In this document: positions 1 to 10,047 of the stretch, in pieces | Layout of the letters: every line of letters begins with the position of its first letter | Numbering within the stretch: the first letter of the stretch is position 1 | Assembly (NCBI GenBank): GCA_965112635.1 | Contig: OZ218778.1 | Coordinates: 2,432,001 to 2,496,000 of the forward strand | Direction: 5' to 3' | DNA length: 64,000 bases | Source: an uncultured bacterium | GTDB taxonomy: Bacteria; Oederibacteriota; Oederibacteriia; Oederibacteriales; Oederibacteriaceae | The notes under the pieces: generated by a model | Databases searched by the model: none | The model's input: only the letters and a program-made list of their open reading frames with translations | Told to the model about the DNA's origin: nothing | Position numbers and translations under genes: made by a program

Positions 1-313
1 CCTGCGGGCTCTCTTCGACGACCTGTTCGCTGCTCAAGTCCACGACGGAAGAAAGGAACCGGTCCAAGTCATTGGGGTCTGTTTTGGCGTGCCTGGGCTC
101 GATGACCGCCCATACGCCTTTTTCCTTTTTACAAACGATATGGGTGCCCGCCTTGTCCAGGCTGAAACGGTCCACCTGGTCCTTGGTCAGGTTGGTGATG
201 ACCTTGGTCGTTGTTTCCGCCGGGGGAGCTGGTTTTTTGCGCTCAAAAACAAAGTAATAACCTAAAAAAAGCGCGAAAACGGCCAGGATAATCAGGGTAT
301 TTTTGAATTTCAT
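1..313 (-). CDS. DUF4340-like protein associated with the Gld-like ABC system (partial, runs off the window start)
   Basis: ATG at 313, 7 bp downstream of the GldG-like gene. My translation reads MKFKNTLIILAVFALFLGYYFVFERKK...VWAVIEPRHAKTDPNDLDRFLSSV. The N-terminal TM anchor and position match the usual fourth gene of gldAFG-like operons. Confidence 0.7.
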   Translation of the reverse strand, partial: MKFKNTLIILAVFALFLGYYFVFERKKPAPPAETTTKVITNLTKDQVDRFSLDKAGTHIVCKKEKGVWAVIEPRHAKTDPNDLDRFLSSVVDLSSEQVVEESPQ

Positions 314-320
314 GCTGGGT

Positions 321-1910
321 TTACCTGAAAACAGAACGGCGCCGCCAGATGATGTAACCACCGGCGCCTAAGATCAACAGGGGGAGGACGATCACGGGGA
401 CCACGAAGATCAGCTTGCCCTGCCAGGGTTTGAGCAGGATCGGGACGAACTGCGACTCTTTGGCCGCGATGGCGATCAGATCCCCCTCCTCGGCCAGGAA
501 ATTGAGGGCGTTCATGTACAAGTCCCGGTTCCCCGAGATGTTGACATAGTTGTTCTGCACGAACGAAGAATTCCCGAATACCACGAGCGCGGCCTTTTGG
601 GGCTTTTTGTTGGCCGCGTCATTGGGGGTGGCGGCCTGGACATCCAGACTTACGGCCACGGCAATAGGCAGCGGCCCTTTTTTGTCTTCCTTGGTGTTAA
701 AGTTCCCGTTGCCTTTTTTGAGGGCCCCCAGGTCGGTCTTGGCCCAGCTCCCGGGGCTTGTTTTGGCCAGGACCTGGACCGTAGAACCCGCGGGCGTCTT
801 CGCGGCCTGGTCCACCGTGCAGGAATAGGGAAAGAGGGTCATGACCTTGAAATCTTTGGTGATGGGATGGTCTTCATACTGGGTGACCACAGGGACCAGG
901 ACATCAGCCCCAAAAAGGCGGCTAAGCGGGTCCACCAGGACGTTGTGCCCCACCTCGACCCCGTAATCCAAAAGCCATTTACGCAGCTCGCCGGTGCGGG
1001 TATCCGGGTCGATTTGCACCATCAGGTGTCCCCCGTTCTTGACAAAAGCGGTCAGCATGCTCAGCTCTTTGGCCAAAAAGTCGGTCTTGGGACCGCAGAC
1101 CACTAAGGTCGTGGCGTCGTTGGGAATGGTTTTTTCACGCGCCAGAAGCAGGGGCTTGACCACATACCCTTCGTCCTCCAGGGTCTTCCTGACTTGGCTC
1201 AAACCCTGCGGCCCATCCTGGCTGATGTCAGCCTCTCCGTGTCCCGTGGTGAAATATAAATTTTTGGTCCCTTCGCGGGTGACTTTGATGACGGAATTGG
1301 TGACCTGCTCCTCGGTAGTGCCGTTCAGTTTCTGCGTCTTGTTCTCGCATATGAAAACCACGGTGCCGTACTGGGTGACCTGGTAATTCTTGGCCAAAGC
1401 CGGGTTGCGGTCAGGGTCGACGAACTCGTAGCTGAACTTGGTGTTGACGCCGGAATACATTTTCAAAAGATCGGACATGTCCTTGTCGGTGTTCTTCTTG
1501 AAAAAACCGATCGCCCTGACCGGCGCTTTGAGGGCCTTGAGAACGCTGACAGACTGCGCCGAAAGGCTGAACCTTTTATTCTTGGTGAGGTCCCACTGGA
1601 AACTGTGATTGAGCCCTATGGCTTCCACGATCACTAGAATGCCCAGGATGACCAGGGCCTGAAGGCCTAGATTGGCGCCGGACTTGAAGGAACTCTGGGT
1701 GATCCATTTCCAGAACGCTTTGGCCCGGAACACCAGGGTAACGGCGAGAGCCAGCGCGCCCGTGACCAGGAATACCCACAGGACCCAGCTCATTTCTCCG
1801 GTGATGATGCGGCCTAGGGCTGTGGCCACCAGCAAAAAGAATCCGGCGCTGGCCAGGGCCTGGAAATACGGGGCCAGGACGCTTTCCATTTTTTTCATGG
1901 TTGTATTCAT
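321..1910 (-). CDS. GldG-like ABC transporter auxiliary/substrate-binding protein
   Basis: Motifs WDLTKNKRFSLS, VDPDRNP, YFTTGHGE and LVVFGNSSF, with N-terminal TMs and a C-terminal TM. Confidence 0.85.
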   Translation of the reverse strand: MNTTMKKMESVLAPYFQALASAGFFLLVATALGRIITGEMSWVLWVFLVTGALALAVTLVFRAKAFWKWITQSSFKSGANLGLQALVILGILVIVEAIGLNHSFQWDLTKNKRFSLSAQSVSVLKALKAPVRAIGFFKKNTDKDMSDLLKMYSGVNTKFSYEFVDPDRNPALAKNYQVTQYGTVVFICENKTQKLNGTTEEQVTNSVIKVTREGTKNLYFTTGHGEADISQDGPQGLSQVRKTLEDEGYVVKPLLLAREKTIPNDATTLVVCGPKTDFLAKELSMLTAFVKNGGHLMVQIDPDTRTGELRKWLLDYGVEVGHNVLVDPLSRLFGADVLVPVVTQYEDHPITKDFKVMTLFPYSCTVDQAAKTPAGSTVQVLAKTSPGSWAKTDLGALKKGNGNFNTKEDKKGPLPIAVAVSLDVQAATPNDAANKKPQKAALVVFGNSSFVQNNYVNISGNRDLYMNALNFLAEEGDLIAIAAKESQFVPILLKPWQGKLIFVVPVIVLPLLILGAGGYIIWRRRSVFR

Positions 1911-1914
1911 GGTT

Positions 1915-2691
1915 TTAACCTCTCCATTTCTTGGACGCCAGGGCCTGCAGGGTCAGGTACAGGCAGAAACCCGTGAACAGGAGAAAATACAGGATGTCGT
2001 GAGTATCAAAAACGCCTTTCATAAAGCTGTCGATATGGGGGAAAAAGGATATCTCGCCGATGACCTTGCCCAGTGCCGGCCCCGCTGAATTGGAGGCCCA
2101 GTTAAGGACCCAAAGCAGCAGCAGGCCGCCCAGGGTGACCACCGCGGAAACGATCTGGTGTTCGGTCAGGGCGGAGGCCAGCAGGCCGAAAGAGATAAAG
2201 GAAGCCCCCAAAAGGATCAATCCGGCATAGACGGTAATCACGGGTCCGATCTCCAGGGACCCGCTGATCACGACCAGGAGCGGATAGAGCAGGGTGACCC
2301 CCATGATACACAGGTAGATACCCAGGCAAGCCAAAAATTTGCCCAGGACGATCTCGCGGTCCTGAATAGGGTGCGTAAAAAGGACTTCGGCCGTTCCCGA
2401 CCGCTTTTCCTCCGAAAACAGGCGCATGGTCAGGAGGGGCACGATAAAGATCGCCACCAGGGAAATATTAAGGTAAAGCGGCCTCAGGATGCGCTCGGTG
2501 GGATTGAGGTCCGGCATGCTGCCGTATTGGCGCTGGCTCATCATCTGGAAACTGATCATGCTGTAGTAAGCGAAGATATTGTAAAAGAAGAAACCGGACA
2601 CGACCAAGTACATGGCCGCGGTGACGTAAGCAATGGGAGAATAAAGGTAGGAATTCATCTCTTTTTTGAACAGCACCAGCCAGCGTTTCAT
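1915..2691 (-). CDS. ABC-2 type permease (GldF-like)
   Basis: FKKEMNSYLYSPIAY and LTMRLFSEEKRSGTAEVLFTHP motifs; about 6 TM segments. Confidence 0.9.
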   Translation of the reverse strand: MKRWLVLFKKEMNSYLYSPIAYVTAAMYLVVSGFFFYNIFAYYSMISFQMMSQRQYGSMPDLNPTERILRPLYLNISLVAIFIVPLLTMRLFSEEKRSGTAEVLFTHPIQDREIVLGKFLACLGIYLCIMGVTLLYPLLVVISGSLEIGPVITVYAGLILLGASFISFGLLASALTEHQIVSAVVTLGGLLLLWVLNWASNSAGPALGKVIGEISFFPHIDSFMKGVFDTHDILYFLLFTGFCLYLTLQALASKKWRG

Positions 2692-3650
2692 TTTTTAGCC
2701 TTGCCTCCCCCCTCGTCCTCATCGGTCACGAGTTTGATAAAGATGTCCTCCAGGCTCATTTCCAGGGGCCTCATCTCCAAGAGCGTGTAACCCTTTTTCA
2801 CGATCCTCTCCGCCAGGTCGCCCCTGACATCCACGTCCACTTTGGACTCGACCATATACCTGGCCGCTTCGTCATCGGACGATTCCTGGGGCAGGACATC
2901 CAGCACGCCGTCCACCTGGGACAGGTTCTTGATGACCTCTTTTTGCGGCCCTTTGACCTGGATAAGGACTTTGGAGGATTTTTCCAGCTGTTTGGTCAGG
3001 TTGGCCGGGGTGTCCGAAGCCACGACCTTGCCCTCGTTGATGATGATGACGCGTTCGCAGGTCATGCTGACCTCGGGCAGGATGTGGGTGCTCAAAACAA
3101 TGGTATGCTCGCCGCCCAGGCCTTTGATGAGTTCCCTGATCTCGATGATCTGCTTGGGGTCCAGCCCCACGGTCGGCTCGTCCAGGATCAAAACCTCGGG
3201 GTCGGACACCAGGGCCTGCGCCAAACCCACCCTTTGCCGGTAACCTTTGGAAAGCCGGCCCAAAAGTTCCTTGGCTACATGGGTGATCCCGCATTCTTCC
3301 ATCACTTTGCCCACTTGTCTGGAGATGGCGGCGCCGGTCAGGCCTTTGAGGGCGGCGGAAAACTCGAGGAACTCTTTTGTCCGCATGTCGGGATACAGAG
3401 GAACGCTTTCCGGAAGGTATCCGATATGTTTCCTGACTGCCAGGGAATTTTTATTGACGTCGTGTCCGGCGACCCGGACGGTCCCTGAGGTGGCGGTCAG
3501 AAAACCCGTGATAATGCGCATGGTCGTGGTCTTGCCCGCCGCGTTGGGGCCGAGAAAACCAAGGATCTCCCCTTTTTTAACTTCAAAGGAAATGTCCTGC
3601 ACCGCGGTCTTGGTGCCGAAATTTTTTACCAGATGCTCGACTTCGATCAT
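2688..3650 (-). CDS. ABC transporter ATP-binding protein (GldA-like)
   Basis: Walker A GPNAAGKTT, signature LSKGYRQR, Walker B LILDEP. Start moved to ATG 3650, which follows an AGGAG RBS. Confidence 0.92.
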   Translation of the reverse strand: MIEVEHLVKNFGTKTAVQDISFEVKKGEILGFLGPNAAGKTTTMRIITGFLTATSGTVRVAGHDVNKNSLAVRKHIGYLPESVPLYPDMRTKEFLEFSAALKGLTGAAISRQVGKVMEECGITHVAKELLGRLSKGYRQRVGLAQALVSDPEVLILDEPTVGLDPKQIIEIRELIKGLGGEHTIVLSTHILPEVSMTCERVIIINEGKVVASDTPANLTKQLEKSSKVLIQVKGPQKEVIKNLSQVDGVLDVLPQESSDDEAARYMVESKVDVDVRGDLAERIVKKGYTLLEMRPLEMSLEDIFIKLVTDEDEGGGKAKK

Positions 3651-3678
3651 TTTCACTCCTGAATTGTTGTGGAAAAAA

Positions 3679-3707
3679 ATTCTAGTGAAAAACCATTTTA
3701 TTGTCAA
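3679..3707 (-). promoter_or_regulatory. sigma70-type promoter of the ABC operon
   Basis: Minus strand reads TTGACA-17 bp-TAGAAT, about 30 bp upstream of the start codon. Confidence 0.75.
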
Positions 3708-3847
3708 GTGTTCCCAAGGCCTTCTTTCGGACAAACCTGGCCCCGCGTCCCCCGGACAATTTTTAGCTTGTCAAGGACAACAGGCAAAAAATGAGGTAAT
3801 ATATTCCGATGTTAACGCCTAGCTGCCATTCTCATAAGGAGGAATAT

Positions 3848-4870
3848 ATGAAACTGAAATTTTTACTCGCCTTTATAGTCCTTTTTACCTCAAGCAGCGC
3901 CTTTGCTTCCTATCGGGAATTCAAGGTCCTTAAAGAGATCCGCGTGCCGGGCGACGGCGGCTGGGACTACCTCACCATGGACAACTCGGAGCGCCTGCTC
4001 TATGTTTCCCACGGGACCCAGGTGGATGTCGTCAATGTGGACCGCGCCAAGGTCGTGGGCTCCATCCCCAACACCCCGGGCGTGCATGGCGTTGCCCTGG
4101 CTAACCAGCTGAGCCGGGGATTCACCAGCAACGGCAGGGCTTCCACGGTCACCATGTTCTGGCTCAAGAACCGCAAGTTCATAAAAGAAGTCCCGGTCGG
4201 AGGCAATCCGGACGCTATCCTTTACGAACCCTACACCAACCAGGTATTTACCTTTAACGGCAGGAGCCAGACCGCCACGGTCCTGGAAGGGGCTACAGGC
4301 AAAGTAACGGCCACTCTGGACATGGGCGGTAAACCTGAATTCGCGGTCTCCGACAACAAGGGAACGGTCTGGGTCAATGTGGAAGACAAGAACGAGATCC
4401 TGCGCATTGACGCCATGAACCTGACCGTGACGGCCCAATGGACCCTGGCTCCCGAAGGCCAAAATCCGACCGGCCTGGCCATGGATGTCGTCCACCGCCG
4501 GCTCTTCTCGGTCTGCGGCAACAAGACCATGGTGGTCATGGACGCGGACCGCGGTAAGGTGATCTCCGACCTTCCCATCGGCGAACACCCGGACGCCTGC
4601 GCCTTTGATCCCAAGAACGAACTTATTTTCTGTTCTTGCGGCGACGGGACGCTCACGGTCATCCACGAGGACTCACCCGACACCTACACCGTCATGCAGA
4701 CCGTGGACACCCAAAAAGGCGCCAGGACCATGGCCCTTGACCTTAAAAGGCACCGCGTCTACCTGGCCGTGGCCGATTTCGGCCCAGTGCCGGAGGCCAC
4801 AGCGGACAAACCCCATCCCCGGCCAAGCATCCTTCCCGGGACCTTCAAGATACTCATAGTGGGACGGTAA
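3848..4870 (+). CDS. YncE-family secreted beta-propeller protein
   Basis: Signal peptide, GGWDYL, repeated blades and GARTMALD; AGGAGG RBS before ATG 3848. Confidence 0.85.
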   Translation: MKLKFLLAFIVLFTSSSAFASYREFKVLKEIRVPGDGGWDYLTMDNSERLLYVSHGTQVDVVNVDRAKVVGSIPNTPGVHGVALANQLSRGFTSNGRASTVTMFWLKNRKFIKEVPVGGNPDAILYEPYTNQVFTFNGRSQTATVLEGATGKVTATLDMGGKPEFAVSDNKGTVWVNVEDKNEILRIDAMNLTVTAQWTLAPEGQNPTGLAMDVVHRRLFSVCGNKTMVVMDADRGKVISDLPIGEHPDACAFDPKNELIFCSCGDGTLTVIHEDSPDTYTVMQTVDTQKGARTMALDLKRHRVYLAVADFGPVPEATADKPHPRPSILPGTFKILIVGR

Positions 4871-4875
4871 CCAAA

Positions 4876-5724
4876 GTGGTTCGGCAAAAGAAGTCCATCC
4901 AACCCATCCGCATCTGGACGGTTTTTGTCAGGGCGTTCAACCGGTTCAACAGCATCGATGGTTCGCACCGGGCCGCCGCCTTTGCTTATTTCGCCTTTTT
5001 CGCCCTGTTCCCCCTGGCCATCCTGTTCATCACCATTGCTTCGGATTTTATCAGCCAGGACTTCGCGGTCCAACAGGCCACCCATTATATCCAGAGCTAT
5101 TTGCCTTTGACCGACCGGACCCAGACATTTATGACCGGGGCCATCTCCGGGCTGACCCGGGCCAGGGCCAGGGCCGGCACCCTGGCTTTTCTTTCCCTTT
5201 TCTGGGTGGCGGTCGGTTTTATCACAACCCTGCTTTCGGCCGCTGACCGGGCCTGGAATATCCCCCAGTCCAGCTGGTGGAAATTGCCTCTCAAAGGGTT
5301 TATTTTACTGGTCTGCATGATGATCGCCCTGCTCCTCGGGATTTTCGTGCCTCTAATCAACCGCTTTTTGGTCAGAGGCCGCCTTTTATCCGAGCAGGGC
5401 TACATGCTGGTTTTTATCCTGCGCCACTTGGTCCTCCCGCTCGTGGTTTCCTTTTTCAGTCTGCTCATTTTTTATAAACTTGCCCCCCAGCGGCCCACTC
5501 GTTTTACTCATGTCTGGCTGGGAGCCCTGAGCGCCACCGTCCTGCTGGCTGTGGCGGAGAGCCTTTTCGTCAGCTATCTGACCAAATACGCCAGCCTCAA
5601 CGCGGTCTACGGCACTTTTGGCGGTATCATCGCCCTGCTCCTTTGGGTCTATATTTCCGGCGGCATCCTCATCTATGGCGCCTGCCTCTGCGCCTGCCAG
5701 GCAGAATTGGAAGAACAACGCTAA
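4876..5724 (+). CDS. YihY/virulence factor BrkB family membrane protein
   Basis: AAAFAYFAFFALFP and YGTFGGIIALLLWVYISGGILIYGA motifs. Confidence 0.9.
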   Translation: MVRQKKSIQPIRIWTVFVRAFNRFNSIDGSHRAAAFAYFAFFALFPLAILFITIASDFISQDFAVQQATHYIQSYLPLTDRTQTFMTGAISGLTRARARAGTLAFLSLFWVAVGFITTLLSAADRAWNIPQSSWWKLPLKGFILLVCMMIALLLGIFVPLINRFLVRGRLLSEQGYMLVFILRHLVLPLVVSFFSLLIFYKLAPQRPTRFTHVWLGALSATVLLAVAESLFVSYLTKYASLNAVYGTFGGIIALLLWVYISGGILIYGACLCACQAELEEQR

Positions 5725-5767
5725 GCCTTCAAGCTAAAGACTAATGAAAGGGTTATTTTAAACAACG

Positions 5768-6454
5768 ATGAATACTGGTTATCAAATAAAACGTAAATTT
5801 AACGAGGCTGCCAACAAATATGATGCGCAGCGCAAAATATTCATCCCATTTCTCCAAGACTATTATGAATCCGGGGTAAATTTTTTAGCATTGCAGGATT
5901 ATAAGAACATATTGGATTTGGGTGCTGGCACAGGCCTGCTGACCAAAATACTTTTCGATCGTTTTCCCAAGGCAAATTTTACTTTGGTGGATATTTCAGA
6001 AGAAATGCTGAATAGAGCTAAAAACAGGTTTGCCGGTCACTCTAATTTTCATTTTATTGTCGATGATTTTTCCCAAAAACTTCCCAACCAAAAATACGAC
6101 CTTATTGTTTCGGCACTATCTATTCATCACCTTAAAGCAGCCAATAAAATTAAATTATATGGGGCAATACTGAACATGCTGAAACCTAAGGGGTGTTTTT
6201 TGAACATTGATCAATACAATGCAAAAGATAAGGCTATCAACAAAAAATACGAAACATTGTGGATCAATAACATCAAAAATAATCTCCTGGCTATAAAGAA
6301 TCCTGGAGAGCTTATTAAATGGAAACAAAGAAGAACTCTGGATAAGGAAACAACCGTTGAAAAAGAAATGATGGAACTAAAAAGGACCGGATTCAAAAAA
6401 GTTGAATGTCTTTATAAGTATTGGAAATTCGCTGTGATCATAGGCAACAAATAA
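5768..6454 (+). CDS. Class I SAM-dependent methyltransferase (AT-rich)
   Basis: ILDLGAGTG, VDISEEML and SALSIHHL motifs. Confidence 0.9.
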   Translation: MNTGYQIKRKFNEAANKYDAQRKIFIPFLQDYYESGVNFLALQDYKNILDLGAGTGLLTKILFDRFPKANFTLVDISEEMLNRAKNRFAGHSNFHFIVDDFSQKLPNQKYDLIVSALSIHHLKAANKIKLYGAILNMLKPKGCFLNIDQYNAKDKAINKKYETLWINNIKNNLLAIKNPGELIKWKQRRTLDKETTVEKEMMELKRTGFKKVECLYKYWKFAVIIGNK

Positions 6455-6488
6455 GAGTTTACTGATCGAAATTTGCCAAGGAGATTGC

Positions 6489-7295
6489 ATGGGCCAGCCG
6501 GAAGAACCCAAATGGAATGCGGGAGATTATGCCAAAAATTCCTCGGCCCAGTTGGGCTGGGCCCGGGAGCTTATCGACAAACTTAAGCTCAAGGGAAATG
6601 AATCCATCGTGGACATCGGCAGCGGCGACGGCAAGGTCACGGCCATGCTGGCGCAGGCGGTCCCCGACGGCCTTGTGCTCGGCCTGGATGCCTCAGAGCA
6701 GATGGTCAGCCACGCCGCTGAACAGTTTCCCTCCAGCCAGTATTCCAACCTTTCCTTCACCCGCATGGACGCCCAGGATATCCGGCTGCCCCGGCAGTTC
6801 GACCTGGCCTTTTCCAGCGCCACCCTGCACTGGGTCAAAGACCAATTAAAGGTCCTGGCCGGTGTCAGGGACTGCCTCAAACCAGGCGGAAAACTCCTTT
6901 TCCAGATGGGCGGAGCCGGCAACGCCAAGGACATCATTGACACCATCGCCGGAGAGGTCATACAGCGTCCCCGCTGGAAACCCTACTTTAAAGACATGGT
7001 CTCCCCCTACTTTTTTTACGGCCCTGAAGAATACCGGAACTGGCTGGAACAAAGCGGTTTTAAACCGGTCCGCGTTGAACTGATAGGCAAAGATATGGAG
7101 CAAAACGGCGTGGAAGGATTGAAAGGCTGGCTCAGGACGACTTGGTTCCCTTACATTGACCGGGTGCCCGAGCACCTGCGTGATGCTTTTTTGAACGAGA
7201 TCGTTGGAGCCTATATCAGCGGTTTCCCGCTGGACGCCAAAGGGAACACCCATGTTCACATGGTCCGCTTGGAGGTTGAGGCCCTAGCGCCCTGA
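6489..7295 (+). CDS. Class I SAM-dependent methyltransferase (Tam-like)
   Basis: WNAGDY, IVDIGSGDG, FSSATLHWV and LKPGG motifs. Confidence 0.88.
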   Translation: MGQPEEPKWNAGDYAKNSSAQLGWARELIDKLKLKGNESIVDIGSGDGKVTAMLAQAVPDGLVLGLDASEQMVSHAAEQFPSSQYSNLSFTRMDAQDIRLPRQFDLAFSSATLHWVKDQLKVLAGVRDCLKPGGKLLFQMGGAGNAKDIIDTIAGEVIQRPRWKPYFKDMVSPYFFYGPEEYRNWLEQSGFKPVRVELIGKDMEQNGVEGLKGWLRTTWFPYIDRVPEHLRDAFLNEIVGAYISGFPLDAKGNTHVHMVRLEVEALAP

Positions 7296-7300
7296 GGGAT

Positions 7301-9070
7301 TCAGCAGGCGTCACAAGATATGACCCCGGCACTGGGTAGGTTGACCGTAAATATCCCCTTTTTGAATTCCCTTTTCTCCTCTTTTTGCAACCGGCCCTGG
7401 CAGTCAAATATTCGCATCTTACGCTGGCCCAAATCCTCCGCAAACTCCAGCACCAAATGGTCCTGGCCCGTAGCGTTGATGATCAGCAGTTTGACCGGGA
7501 TTTTTACTCCCAGATTGACGACAAGGCTTTCGCCATATACAGCGACCAGCCGTTTTTTGGCTGTGTCGGCTGTCACCATAGGATAGCCGACTTCTGGATG
7601 CAAAGGTTTGATGTTCCCATCCATCAGCACATCAACATTTTCCCGCCAAAAACTCAGGCACCACCGCACCATATTCAGATGGGCCGGGCTGAGTTTGTCT
7701 AACAGCATAGAAACCTGAGGCACGCCGAACATGGAGTTCAAAAACTGCAGGCTAGCCGCCTCTACCGGGTCGTCGTAATTCCACATCATCGGGTCAGCGT
7801 GCACGGCGGTCTTCCCTACGAGCAAACGGATATCCAGGGTCCGCTGGCGGTTCTGCAAAAGGTCGTAGGGGCAGTCCGCTGCCCGGAACATATTGCCGTA
7901 CTTTCTCATCACGGGGCCCACATATCCCTGCCTGAACTCGACCAAAAGCTCCGGATTGATGCGCTTCACCCGCTCCATTATTTCGGTCATCAGCCGGTCC
8001 GTGGCCTCAGTGACCGCCACAAAGTCCTGGCCTTTCTCGGATTTTTGCACATCTTCATAGCAGGTGGCAAAACTATCCACAAAATCCAGCTTTAGTCCGT
8101 CCAGTTTCCAATCCCTGACCGCATGCTCCAAAGTTCCGGCCAGATATTCCCTGACCTCGGGAAAACGGGGGTCCAGCACTATGGCGTCCCCATTATCCCG
8201 CAAAGCCATATTCTTGAAACGCTGGTAAGCTTTGGTCTTTTTGCCCATCAGGGATATGGAGAACCAGAGCAAATATTTCATTCCCAGCTGGTGGACTTTA
8301 GCCACATGAGCCGCCATGTCCGGGATGCGCTTACTGGAGACCTGCCAGTCGCCGGCAAAAGCATAGCCCCGCTGTTCATCCTCTGTTTCCCAGCCGTCAT
8401 CCATGGTCATGGAATGAAAACCCAGTTCCCTGGCCAAAGCGCACTGCTTTTCTATGCTCGCGGCCGACACAGCCTGGTGAAAACTGTACCAGGTTGAATA
8501 CATAGGCAGTTTGCCGTCAGAGGGCACCTTGCAGGGAGGATAAAGCCCCAGACCAGCCCACCACTCCTGCACTTCCCGCAATGCCTCATAATATGGTATA
8601 TCCCTCGTGTCCAACCGCAACCTGACCTCATAATGATCTATGGCCGGATGAAGTTTGGTAAAAAAGGTTAGCGCACAAATAAACGCGCCGGTCTCTTCAC
8701 GCAACCCGGCTTTCCTTTGTATATAGTGCAGGGCATCCGAACAGGCAAAAGTTAAACGGTTGGCTCCGGTTTGGCTGAATAAACAGCATACCGGCGAAGA
8801 ATCCGCGGCCTCGGACTCCAGGGGCTTATTCCAATCTGTGTAAAGAAAATTATGCACATTGCCCTGGGGCGCCCAAAAACACTGGATATCCTTGCCCGGG
8901 AAAACCCAGTTCAGGGATATAGGTTTAGGCACCTCCGGTTTCGGCGCGGTAAGGGTCAGCGTCACTACCTCCAACCCCGGCTGGACGGTTTTGGCCCTTA
9001 GCTCCGCCTTAAAACCCCCCAACTCCCCCTCTACCCTGACCTCGATATTTCCTGGTTTAATGCTGTTCAT
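7301..9070 (-). CDS. Glycoside hydrolase family 36 (alpha-galactosidase-like)
   Basis: YSTWY, MDDGW, nucleophile motif GLKLDF and FRAADCP. Confidence 0.85.
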   Translation of the reverse strand: MNSIKPGNIEVRVEGELGGFKAELRAKTVQPGLEVVTLTLTAPKPEVPKPISLNWVFPGKDIQCFWAPQGNVHNFLYTDWNKPLESEAADSSPVCCLFSQTGANRLTFACSDALHYIQRKAGLREETGAFICALTFFTKLHPAIDHYEVRLRLDTRDIPYYEALREVQEWWAGLGLYPPCKVPSDGKLPMYSTWYSFHQAVSAASIEKQCALARELGFHSMTMDDGWETEDEQRGYAFAGDWQVSSKRIPDMAAHVAKVHQLGMKYLLWFSISLMGKKTKAYQRFKNMALRDNGDAIVLDPRFPEVREYLAGTLEHAVRDWKLDGLKLDFVDSFATCYEDVQKSEKGQDFVAVTEATDRLMTEIMERVKRINPELLVEFRQGYVGPVMRKYGNMFRAADCPYDLLQNRQRTLDIRLLVGKTAVHADPMMWNYDDPVEAASLQFLNSMFGVPQVSMLLDKLSPAHLNMVRWCLSFWRENVDVLMDGNIKPLHPEVGYPMVTADTAKKRLVAVYGESLVVNLGVKIPVKLLIINATGQDHLVLEFAEDLGQRKMRIFDCQGRLQKEEKREFKKGIFTVNLPSAGVISCDAC

Positions 9071-9104
9071 TTATGACCTCCAATTTTATTTTCCCGTTTT
9101 TGGC

Positions 9105-9854
9105 TCACTTTTTATTCTGCAAATAATTTCCTTTGCCAAAGACCTTTCTTTCCCCAATTAATTTCCCCTTTTTATAGGTGCTTTCAATAAGCACATGACT
9201 TTTGCCAAAAGCCTTTCTTTGTTTAATTAATTCCCCATCTTTATAGGTATTTTCCGTAAGCACATTATTTTGTTTATCATAGGATATTGATACACGCTCT
9301 CTATTTTGTAAATCGGGAAGCAATATGAAATGAGTATTAAAAACTATAGCCGCTAAAAAAAGACACAACAAAATATTCACAACACCAATGATTTTTAAAA
9401 CCCATAAACCAAGGGCCTTGTGCCTATCATTTAGGCCATTTTGTATCCATCCCATCCTTGCCATACTTTTTTCTGAGATTAAAACTAGCCCAAATAAAAA
9501 AACTGATAAAGACAAAATGAAAGAGCCATAAATATGTATTGTACGCGAAAGGGAATCCAATTGATCAGCTTGGCCGTTCATAAATATTTTCAATAATACA
9601 GAGATCAAATCCAATAATCCAAAGATGGTCAAGCAGATACATACCAAAACAAACAGTCTACTGATCTTTTGATTCCTTTGTTTTCGCCTATTTATATATA
9701 CCAATAGAATGATGCCCAAAATAAATACAAAAAAATAAAATAACAACAAAGATAAATTAGAATCAATCGTTAAAAGAAGAACTATCAACGATATGAGCCA
9801 CACGGAGGTTACTCCCCTATGCTTTTCCCAAAGACCTTTCAAATTAAATCCCAT
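9105..9854 (-). CDS. AT-rich hypothetical membrane protein with two C-terminal MORN-like repeats
   Basis: About 5 TM segments followed by ENTYKDGELIKQRKAFGK and ESTYKKGKLIGERKVFGK; AGAGGT RBS. Confidence 0.7.
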   Translation of the reverse strand: MGFNLKGLWEKHRGVTSVWLISLIVLLLTIDSNLSLLLFYFFVFILGIILLVYINRRKQRNQKISRLFVLVCICLTIFGLLDLISVLLKIFMNGQADQLDSLSRTIHIYGSFILSLSVFLFGLVLISEKSMARMGWIQNGLNDRHKALGLWVLKIIGVVNILLCLFLAAIVFNTHFILLPDLQNRERVSISYDKQNNVLTENTYKDGELIKQRKAFGKSHVLIESTYKKGKLIGERKVFGKGNYLQNKK

Positions 9855-9909
9855 TTTTTACCACCTCTATTTTTGTGTTTTCCATCTCCCCTGCCTGCCC
9901 TATCAGATT

Positions 9910-10047
9910 GTCATTGCGGCTGAATAGTCTGAATGACTATTCAACGGGCAGTTACCGCAGATACTTATAAAGTAGTGCCCCGTCGGAGCGTAAGCGACGA
10001 AGCAATCTGATACTAACCATAGATTGCTTCGCTTTGCTCGCAATGAC
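9910..10047. repeat. REP-like palindromic element with nested hairpins
   Basis: Outer inverted repeat GTCATTGCG (9910) / CGCAATGAC (10039). Inner pairs CGAAGCAATCT / AGATTGCTTCG and TGAATAGTC / GACTATTCA. Confidence 0.7.

Noticed and set aside
321-3650. Gliding-motility assignment for the GldA/F/G-like ABC genes
   Set aside because: This ABC family is widespread in non-gliding bacteria, and no gldK-N or sprA genes are in the window, so no gld symbols were assigned.
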